A stretch of 63,708 bases of DNA, the filler included, from Octopus bimaculoides (lineage: Eukaryota): assembly GCF_001194135.2 (NCBI RefSeq). It is 6 parts of 6 records of this genome, joined end to end, with 100 filler letters (N's around TTAATTAATTAA, not from the genome) between each part and the next. Parts side by side here need not be neighbours in the genome. Positions count along the whole stretch, not along the records: positions 52,743 to 62,374 come from NC_068982.1; positions 62,475 to 63,708 come from NW_026301948.1; 4 more parts are not named here. One strand, given 5' to 3'. Below are positions 53,765 to 63,708 of the stretch, in pieces; the first letter of the stretch is position 1, and each line of letters begins with the position of its first letter. Under the pieces are notes generated by a model. The model had not been told where the DNA came from, made no database searches, and worked only from the letters and a program-made list of their open reading frames with translations. Made by a program: the position numbers and the translations under genes.

Positions 53765-54190
53765 GAGTTGACTCAGTGGAACTCCAGCGCAGCTCTAATT
53801 GATTGGTTCCGCGGTATCAAGAATAAATGAGCCTGAAAATTCATCCAGTTCGATATTGTTGACTTCTACCCTTCAATATCGAAACCTCTCCTCCTGAAGG
53901 CCTTAGCTTTTATTCGATAATTTACCAACATTAGTGATCTTTATATCAGAATCATCATGAATGCCAGAAAGTCAATTCTGGCCCGTGACCATTCTTTCTG
54001 GGCGAAGAAAGAAGGCGTTCCATTGTTTGATGTCTCTATGGGGAGTTATCACGGAGCTGAAATCGTTTCATCGCGTTATAGATTTTGGATACCATCCAGT
54101 CGGTCCTATATAGGGACGATGACCTGGCTATCTCAAGCCATATCAATGGCTACGACTTAGATAAAAATATTCAAAGAATTCGGAATGAAT
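53765..54190 (+). mobile_element. Penelope-like element RT remnant
   Basis: Broken frames give WNS..LIDWF..IKNK, KFIQFDIVDFYPSIS..LL.KAL.F, IIMNARKSIL..FW.KK...LFDVSMGSYHGAEI and LYRDD, which are PLE RT motifs. Confidence 0.85.
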
Positions 54191-57100
54191 ATATAGTATT
54201 TCCCTAGAAACTGTTTCTGGTTACTTTTGAGTATCTTCTCCTATATATGTGTATGTATCTGTGTGTGTTTGTGTGTGTGTATGTATGTATGTATGTATGT
54301 ATATTTTACTACGAACTTACGAATTTTAATTTTCATTTATTATCATTATTGTTCTACTGAATCGTATTTATTTACTTATTCAATATATTAATATCTTATC
54401 GCAGTCAAATTTGTAATACGCTTATTTTGTCTTCAACATTTTTCATCTTTGCTCATTGAAGATATTAAAAGCTTTTTGGCTTTCCTTTGAGATTTCGTAT
54501 TAGCATGAAAATATCTCGGATGTATATCTTTTATAATACTGCAAATGTAGAGCAGTGTATCCAGTATATATTGATAAATACAACTTCATACGAATCACAT
54601 AACACTAGAAACCATAGAAATATACAAATATACGGAACTCTCTTGAAAGCCAAATTTTTTTTTAAATATACGTTTTTATATAACTGTATTGGTGTTGTAT
54701 TGAAAATACTTTTTCTTTAGATGTATCCAATTTTCCCAAACTATTTAAGTTACTACTTATAAACAAGATTCATATTTTCGATTTTCAGTTGGGCTGAATT
54801 GTGTTAGACCCATCTAGTATATTTCTATTTTAGGAAGAATCACAAAATTACGCAAACTCGTATTAGACAAAGCAGTGTAGATGAGTTGTCTAGAGACTTA
54901 AAATGTGTTTACTCATCCTGATATAAATTGTACAACTAAATCACTCTCTAAGGTTATTTACTCAAATAATGCTGACTTGGAGTAAATAATGCTAGTAGCC
55001 ATACCTTAGTAACTATCTTTCACTGATTGATCACCACGTTACAGGATAATCTTTACTTATCGCATTTATCGGTAGAAACGCTTTCGTTAAAAGTATTAAG
55101 ATGAAATGAGGTATAAGTCATGAATTATCCACAATTATTATCAAGAATGTACACGAGATCACAAATTCATGTTACTGACGATTTACTATACCAGAATTGC
55201 TATTCATGAAAATCGAAATTTTTATTTCAGTAGTCCAAGGTATACAAGCCAAGATGTTTGAGATCGTTCCTTTCGGGCTGAAGCTTATTATTGATGTTTG
55301 TTTAATTATTCACGAGTTAATAAATGTTAAACACTAAATGCCTGTAGCAGATGACCATGATTGACAATGTAGTTTTCAATAAATGTAGTTTTCAATAAAC
55401 CGTTGCTGATATACCGATGGAAGTATATTTTCTGTTTAAGTTATTCATTCCACTTTGCTGTTTGTAAAATAACAATTTCACACAAACAGGGTGGAAGCTG
55501 TCAGCGTATTAAATATATTATGGACAGGTAAGGTAACTGCTTTGTTTATGCAATATTTAAATTAATTCTCCATTGGTGTTATGCATAATTGCCTGTTTTC
55601 TGTACAAGCCAGGTAGTTTTTGTCCTTTCCTTAGTGTCACAAAGGGCATTTCTATATAATATGATACTAGTATACTATTTATTTTTTATCCATGTATAGC
55701 TCTACTCTCCCCAATTTTATTGTTCAATCTGTGAGAAACTTCCTAAAGTTTTGGAGTCATAGTATATTTCATTTGTTAGTACCATTACAAATAGATGCGA
55801 TATCAGAGGTCTAAAATTTCTTCTACATCAGTTGGGATTCAATTTTCTTGAGACTACTGTTTACGTAGAAGACTGTTCTTGTGTTATATTAAACAATGTT
55901 ATATCATTTGTTTTATATTCTTCTTTGATATTTTTGTAGTTGCTATTGTCATTAAATTATGGGTAAACACCTGTTGCTCCCAGACATTGTTCGACAGATA
56001 TATTAACCATACTTGTGTTATATTATGCTATTGCTCAATGCTGTTGAAACATTATATTGAGATTTGTGATATCCTTTCTGTCATACCAATCATATTTCAA
56101 ATTTTATTTAGTGCCTATTTTGATTCACCCCTGTTAAGAAAGCAATGAAATGTAATATTATTTTTGAACAGATTTCATACTACATTGACAACATAAAGTA
56201 TATATACTTCTACTCTGCATATTAGAATTGCATAGGTTATTTATCCTTGTGAGTGGACACAGATTTTAGGTAATGGGATAGGGCTTATCTCCTAAGAATT
56301 TCATTTTCTTGTGGCAAACGTCTTTTAGATAAACATTATTAATGGAGTAGACTGTTACAGCCTGATGTTATCAGGGTTTGATGTTAAATTTCTTGACATA
56401 ATAAAAATAGCGTGTCTTACAATTTAGAGTTCTGAGAACATATGACTGACAATTACCTTTAAATTATTGAAACGTAAAATCTAGGTGTGTGAATTGATTG
56501 CAATATCCCTCCCGTTATCGAATTGTATATGATAATATGGAGTTTATACTGTTCAGAAATACTGTAACATATCTATGGTACTTCCATACATTGAATGAAT
56601 TTTCACCTACATAACTGAAGAGATGTTGTTTATATGTTCTAAAATTTAAACAACTTAATGGTGTTTTCAGAGAATGAATATAAGATCTAGATACATGAAG
56701 TAAATTGTTGAATTTTGCTTTTCATATCTCATATCTATGTTTTCAAAATTTTCCATTCAGACGTTTAACTACTACAGGATGAAATAGAGAATCTATTATC
56801 ATATATTCATCTTGCTGATATATTTCATCATAGGTGATGCACTATATCAATATAATCATTATGTTGTCAGCAAACATTGTTCTTTCTTTCAAAGTTTTGT
56901 CATTCTGCAATGGTATTCTGACAGCTGATAACACCTAGTTTCTGGAAAGCTGACAAATGATTTTTACTACAGTCAATGTTTATTACCTGACAAGGCTCAA
57001 ATTATATGTTACGGGTGGCTGTACAAAATGTTTTGCTGGCATAGAGTGTACATCTAGTAATAGATGATGAAAAGCAAATCACATGGTAGCATGATTGGAC

Positions 57101-58983
57101 CTACAAGTGACAAATATCCGACGTATTGCATATGTGTTATATATGTTTTCATAAATCTGTTGTAACTTGTCATATTTTCATGAGCTATCTGTTTTAATTG
57201 TCTGAAATATTTTCTCCGTGCTTTTTCATCAAATCTGACGACAACGATTGCATATTTAAGATAATGCATTTCTTTCATTTGTTACAATATCCAACAGATG
57301 ACCGGTTGCTGAACACTTCAGTAAAGTGTTTTAGGAAAGGCAATTCCGGTAAACAAAAGGGAGCATATAGTGGAAGTGTTTCCATCAAATCAATAATAAC
57401 TCAATTTTAAAATCTAACCAAATGTTATATATGGTTACAACTATGTAAGTGTATGATGTTCTCTACGACTTGTTATAATTTGGTTCACAATTAACCTCCA
57501 TGAAATAGAGACTTTTATCGAATATATTCCAATAGTAAGGAGGTGTTATTTATTTTAATAACAAACCAAAGAAAGTAATATCCAGAAAATTTCGTATGAT
57601 GAGGCACGTATTTAGTACCCGAAAGAGTAATATCCACTATTTTCATAAATACTGCCTGCATTATGTTCCACCCTATTTATAGAATTTTCTGTATGATCAA
57701 GAAATCCTTTTATTCTACTTGATATGTCATTTATTTATCTTGTCCAATCCTTCCAGTTCAGGGGTAAATGTAGTTTATTTATTTTACAGCTACTCTTTTA
57801 CCACATGATAAAAGAATATTAGTTTCTTTTCAATAGGCGCAAAACATCTATTTATTTAGAGAAAAGGAAAGACGAGATTGTGATGTTTCTGCCCTTTCCT
57901 AAATCGGTACTATTGTAATAAAATAGGAGCTTCAACAAACAATATTGATTTTATTACATTTGCAAAGAAAGTTATTGTTGTAGGTAGAGGCGTATAATAT
58001 ATTGAATCGATTTTTCGGCACTTCGTTTATCGAATTTGTAGAGATTAAATGCAACGTCGACTGTAGTATTTGTACTCACGGGCCAGAAAGCAGATAGCAT
58101 GAATCAACACGCCCGTTGTTCTGTCGTATCTTTCCAGAAACTATATATGCAACTGAAAAAGTTTCGTTTCAATATTTTGAAACAAATGCAAAATATCCTC
58201 TAGGTATTGCAAGTATAATTTAGAATTCAGGAGATTGATTGAATTCTTGTGAATCAACTAAGTTGTATTTAATACTGTTTGTTTCAGGCATTAGAGTGCG
58301 GCCATGGCGGAGCAGCAACTCAAAGAGTTATAGTTATTTAAAGCTACCTCGGTAAGTTTATCAAGATGCAGCTTGTTCTATCGAGTATATTTACACTGGT
58401 TATCAATCGGTGAGAGAGAAGAAATACACAAACACTCACGCAAACTCACGTAAAATATCGCAAGCTTGCTCAAATATAAACTTGTACACAATCAGACCCT
58501 AAACACACATATACGTTTGTGTGTGTGAGTGCATGCATGTGTGTGTGTGCGCGCGCTTGCGTGTGTATTTACCACGTGCTTCCGCTTGGCTTGCACCATT
58601 TAAATTAGCTCTCATCTATCAATCAGATCGGATCTAAATACTAGACAGCTTCTCGAATTGCTGCACAGGACTGAACCCAAAAGCGAGTGATCTTGAAGTC
58701 AATAAATTCTGAACTCTATTGTTCAGATAGAAGTAGGAAGAAGAGGGAAAACAGTTTTGTTTCTCCAAATGTAAATTCCAAGAATCGTAAATTATCACTA
58801 CAATAGCGTTGGAACGTATTCAGTATTACATAGATCTACATTTACTCTTGTCCATAAGTAAATGATGAATTTAATATCTTAATCACCTAATAATCTCAGC
58901 TTCACCGCATACATACATACATACATACATACATACATACATACATACATACACACATACATACATACATACATACAAACATA

Positions 58984-59425
58984 AAGTTCTGGTTTGTACT
59001 TGTATTTATTGGGGTCCTGGGATTTGTAACACACTGCCTAAATACCAATCTTGAGAAATTAGACTTCTCAAAATCAGAAAGGAGAAAGCTAATTCGAAGA
59101 CTACAGATCCAATCCATTATTGGAACTGTAAAAATCTGTAAAACTTCCAGAAGCTTATCATTTAAATATATATGAGCATATCTAGATATGTAACTATTTG
59201 CATGAGAATACGTACATAAAACAAAACATACAAATTTGTACATATACATACATACATACATACATACCTACAAACATACATACATACATACATACATACA
59301 TACATACATGCATACACACAAAAATAGCGTATTGTTGATGTTGAAATTCCAATAGAGACTTGGATTTAAGTTAGAAATCGCTCTTTCTCTATTGGCAAGA
59401 AATGATGAAATAAAACTGAACAATG
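58984..59425 (+). mobile_element. R4/Dong-like LINE, extreme C-terminus plus 3' UTR (second subfamily)
   Basis: [54 protein letters not shown] aligns with the end of ORF 4121-4759. (ACAT)n on both sides. Confidence 0.9.
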
Positions 59426-59483
59426 ACATACATACATACATACACACATACATGCATACATACATATTTACATACAGCCACAC

Positions 59484-60522
59484 ATATCTTGCAATGGCAC
59501 CTGGAACAAAACACGTGTCATTAAAGAATATTACAAGCGAATAAAGAAAATTTGGACCTCGGAACTCTCTGCATTTATTAAAGCAGTTGCTCGCAATGTG
59601 CTTGCAGTGCTAGTACTTATACCAACATTTAGGCTGCTTCATTAGACGCTTGATGAGATCTAAGCCATCGATGTGAAAACCCGGTAGATATTAACAAACA
59701 CACATAATTTCCACATCAACAATTATGTAGACTGCCACTACCTCGAACGAAAACAAGGCAGAAAAGGTTTAATATCGATCCAATCTGCCTTTGAAAGTCG
59801 TATCACATACCTTGGGCAAGATCTTTTAACAGCTAAGTGTCGAAGTGCATCCCTTGACCAAGCTTGCATGCATGAGGCTGATAACATCATAAGACTCGGA
59901 AGGCAGCTCCTTGAGAAGCATTCCTTGTCTGATAACTTTAAATATTCCGAGATGATAGAACCATTGATCATCAAAGCAGTCTATCATGGATCAACAACCG
60001 GATTAATACCTCCCACTTAGAAAAATGTGCGTTTGCAATCCAAGAACAGGAAATATCAACCAAATGCCTCATGCACAAAACGACAGAGATGCAAAAAAAA
60101 AAACAGGAAAATATGACATCTGATGCAGACTTTTTGGAGATAACACCGAAGACAACGCCTACATCAGAAACAGTTGCCTGAAAATGTCATCACGATATTA
60201 TCTATCGATGAGACATGATGTTATAGCTAGGACGCTATATAAAGAAATCTGTCGGAAGTATACACCGAGGTCAAAGAAACAAGGACCCACAATATGGCAC
60301 ACGCCATAGCCACTCATAATAAAAATGAGTACTGGTGAAATGTCCCAGTGAAAACCTCAATAAACTGTAAGCGCAACAGACCTGATATAATGATTTGGGA
60401 TAGAGGAAAAACAGTGTACAGTTGTGGAAATTAACTGCCCTGCAGATGTTAACAAAAAGCTGAAGATCAGGGGAAAAGGAAATACCTACGCTCAACTCTT
60501 GAGAAATCTGCAGTTTCTCTAT
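59484..60522 (+). mobile_element. R4/Dong-like LINE, post-RT region to endonuclease (second subfamily, decayed)
   Basis: NKTRVIKEYYKRIKKIWTSELS, IDVKTR.IL..NFH, RNRPDIMIWDR, VVEINCPADVN and YAQLLRNLQFLY align with 3460-4570. Confidence 0.9.
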
Positions 60523-60540
60523 TTTTTTTCTTAGTTTTTG

Positions 60541-60903
60541 TTAAAGTGGTAACAAAAACAGGACAGTAAGAACAAAACAATAAAAACAAACAGTGAGGGT
60601 TGTTAAGCCAAAACGATGTGAAGTTGTGAACGCTGCAAAAACGAGCTTTGAGAAGAGACAGGCAAAAGCACGTCTTGTCTTTAGGAAGGAAGTCGAAGAA
60701 ACAAAGATGGATTGCCGTTGGTCACGTGTGAGCAACGAGAGAATCAAGGAGAAAAAGTGAGAGAGACAAGAAGTACTTTCGCCTGTCTCTTCTCAAAGCT
60801 CGTTTTTCCAGGGTTCACCACTTCTCATCTTCTTGGTATAACAGCCATCATCGTTTGTTTTTACTGTTTTGTACTTACTGTCCTGTTTCTGTTACCGCTT
60901 TCA
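60541..60903. repeat. Foldback: ~140-bp arms (60541-60680 and 60764-60903), 83-bp spacer
   Basis: 111 of 130 positions identical between the reverse complement of 60541-60670 and 60774-60903. Confidence 0.9.
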
Positions 60904-61249
60904 CCCTTTGCAAAAATCTCAAATTTTATTTAATTTGCTTTGCGGGAAGGACTGTTTTAGCGAAGTCGCATATCGTTCTTGCCTTCGAAACGCGGAGTAG
61001 AAAAATAGAGGATAACTGATGAAGGAAATGTTCTATATGTTACATGTCTCGTTTCTCTGGGGGTTTTTTAAGTTGTTGGAAAAACGTTCGTTTACTATGT
61101 TTTTGTTTTTGTTTTCGTTTCTCATTGTGTCTACGTTTTTTTTATGTTCTGTACCCATATATGCATGTATATATACATATATATATGTAGGTATGTACAA
61201 ATATGTATATATTATTTATATTATATATATATGCGTGTGTGTGTGTGTG

Positions 61250-61342
<93 letters not shown>

Positions 61343-62310
61343 CTGTGAGTGTGTGTGTGCGCATATGTATAAACGCTGGAATATACTAGCTTATATGGAC
61401 CATATTATCTAACTTCAGTTATTGTTTGATGGAGATAAGAAGAATGAAAGGTAACGTTAGGTCAACCAGATTTAAACCATTATATTTGTTAATTAATATT
61501 TACACAGTAATTCATTATATTTGCTTAACTTTTATAATGAGCATTTATGTTTTAGCATTTAATTTTAGTATTCGTCACGTTTAAAATAAAGTCTAATAAG
61601 TTTAGTTAATGAATAATATGAAGAATAGGTTAGTCCTAGTATTAAGATCATCAATCTAGAATGAACCCGATTCGTCATGATAACCTCTAAACGATACGAC
61701 TCAATATAAAAAAAAACTATGTCTAAATATTATATTACCGTATTATTCAAAACATTCAGTCTTGCGTAATATAGGAAATAGATTGCTTCGAATCGTTTTC
61801 TTTTAATTTATGCACATAACAGTGAAGATCAATCATCGCGAATGACTTCATGTGTAAAAGATTTCATGAGACATTTCAATGATGTTAATCAACTGAAAAG
61901 CCCCGACTGTGAGAAGGTGAAGCAAAGCGCAGTAATTGCGTATTTATTCTATTTTTGTAGATAATTAATCCACTCTAGTAGAAGAACATCTCGTAGAGAT
62001 AAATAATTTCATAATTTAGCTTCAGTATTTCACTGTTATACTTACGCACGTGCTCTCATGTGCGTAAGTATAACTGCACAACACGAAGCCTACTGCTAAA
62101 CACAAATGTTTCTTTTATGCTACTCAATTAAGGAAATCAAGGTAACAAACAATGCAGTCAAAAACAATTGCTTCAAAATTAAAAACAGATTGATGTTTGC
62201 TTTTGTGACCATTTCTAAATATCTTCTATATAAATGATAACGTTCATAATGAAGTTTGCTATCCGCAGCAAGGAGACACACATAAGACAGTGTTTACGTG
62301 GTCGTTCAAA

Positions 62311-62374
<64 letters not shown>

Positions 62375-62804
62375 NNNNNNNNNNNNNNNNNNNNNNNNNN
62401 NNNNNNNNNNNNNNNNNNTTAATTAATTAANNNNNNNNNNNNNNNNNNNNNNNNNNNNNNNNNNNNNNNNNNNNCCCCCACCCCCATTTTCAAATATGTT
62501 TTGCTATTTCTTTCTTTACCCATAATTTTAGATGACATTTTGCAGAAAAACCTTTTCTAGAGAGTGTGGATTACATTAGATTGAAAATTCAAAGAATTTT
62601 GAAGTGAATAAGTGAAGATGCAGAGGTTATAGAAGAAGTTAGTGGTAACGAAGTGCGGAGAGGCAGACGATAAATTCATCTTAAACCAATACGTTAGAGT
62701 CTTTGTATGTATGAGTGAAATGGAGTAAAATATCAACAAAATATCTTTTTCCTTCCTCTTAAAATCACTGAATATAATATATATAATAATCCCGAATAGA
62801 TTTT

Positions 62805-62890
62805 CCTGGCTAGCTAGTCTTCAGTCAAACCGTCCAACCCATGCCAGCATGGAAAGCAGACGTTAAACGATGACGGTGATGATGATGATA
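62805..62890 (+). mobile_element. RTE-type LINE/SINE 3' end
   Basis: GTCCAACCCATGCCAGCATGGAAAGCAGACGTTAAA followed by a (GAT)n tail, typical of RTE 3' termini. Confidence 0.55.
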
Positions 62891-63239
62891 TATACAATTA
62901 TGATAGATTGTTACCCATTCAATGTTTAGGTAAACTTCGTCACCCACTCACTCACTCACTCTCTTTCTCTCACTCTCTACCCCACACAACACAAAAATGA
63001 AACACATTTCGGCGCACGGACCCCAAAATGGGTTTTGTAGCATATTAGGCGGTCAAAAGAATTCAGTTAACGAAAAAGAAATATCCTAATGATTCCGGGA
63101 TATGGGNNNNNNNNNNACCTTTTTTTCCGAACAAAAATAAGGAACTTGCAGCATATTAAGTCAGGGTACTTGATTCCACGCAAAAAATCCTAGTTTTTTT
63201 TTTTCTTAGTGAAAATCGTGCGGGTGAAAGAATCAAATA

Positions 63240-63410
63240 ATACCGCAGTATTTCGTCTGTCTCTACGTTTTGAGTTCAAAATCCGCCGAGGTCGACTTTG
63301 CCTTTTTTCCTTTCGGGTTCGATAAATTCAGTACCAATAAAACACTGGGGTCCATGTAAGCAACTTATCCTCTCCTCCCAAATGGCTGCCCTTGTGGAAA
63401 AATTTGAAAC
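63240..63410 (+). mobile_element. SINE family A
   Basis: GAGTTCAAAATCCGCCGAGGTCGACTTTGCC..GGGGTCCATGTAA..CCTTGTGG. Confidence 0.8.
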
Positions 63411-63708
63411 CGTTATTATTATTATCATTGAGTGAGAGAGCAGTGCATGCCATCAAAGTGACACTGGGGTAAAATATACGAAGCCCATTATACCCATCAT
63501 GACTACCCGTCTGATAAGGGTACACCAGGCACATGCATCACAACCATATGTGCGCGACATGGTGATCTCATATCAAGATAAACAGCGCATGACCTTGCTG
63601 GTGGGGCCCAGTTAGAATTTTCTTAAGGTCGAGTAGCCCAATCCGTTCAAAAGGTCCTTGAATAAGGTTTGTTTAAGGATGTTGAGCAAAACATCCATGT
63701 TTCCAAAG

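Noticed and set aside
63415-63708. GC-richer terminal segment that looks like a dispersed repeat
   Set aside because: No second copy or diagnostic motif in the window, so it cannot be classified.

Overview
AT-rich, repeat-dominated animal genomic DNA with about 5 kb of N gaps. It is most likely a coleoid cephalopod (Octopus-like), inferred from the SINE sequences and the very high load of (CA)n, (TA)n, (ACAT)n and (GATA)n microsatellites. I recognise no host protein-coding gene, rRNA, true tRNA or CRISPR array. Almost all ORFs in the supplied track are microsatellite or gap artefacts. The window reads as a large intron or intergenic region. It contains: three to four decayed pieces of R4/Dong-type (RT plus restriction-like endonuclease) LINEs; a Penelope-like RT remnant with a nearby minimal hammerhead ribozyme motif; a mariner remnant; an RTE-like LINE remnant; hAT- and Tigger-like MITEs; a Helentron-type HINE with an empty-site paralog in the window; many tRNA-derived SINEs; and two 140-160 bp-arm foldbacks. 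The best leads are the hammerhead motif (53132-53179), the apparent (ACAT)n specificity and circular permutation of the Dong-like LINE, a foldback whose mismatches are strongly biased to G-U wobbles (43645-44344), and a ~160-codon frame broken only by one TGA (14445-14927). All family assignments come from motif recognition by eye, not database searches.
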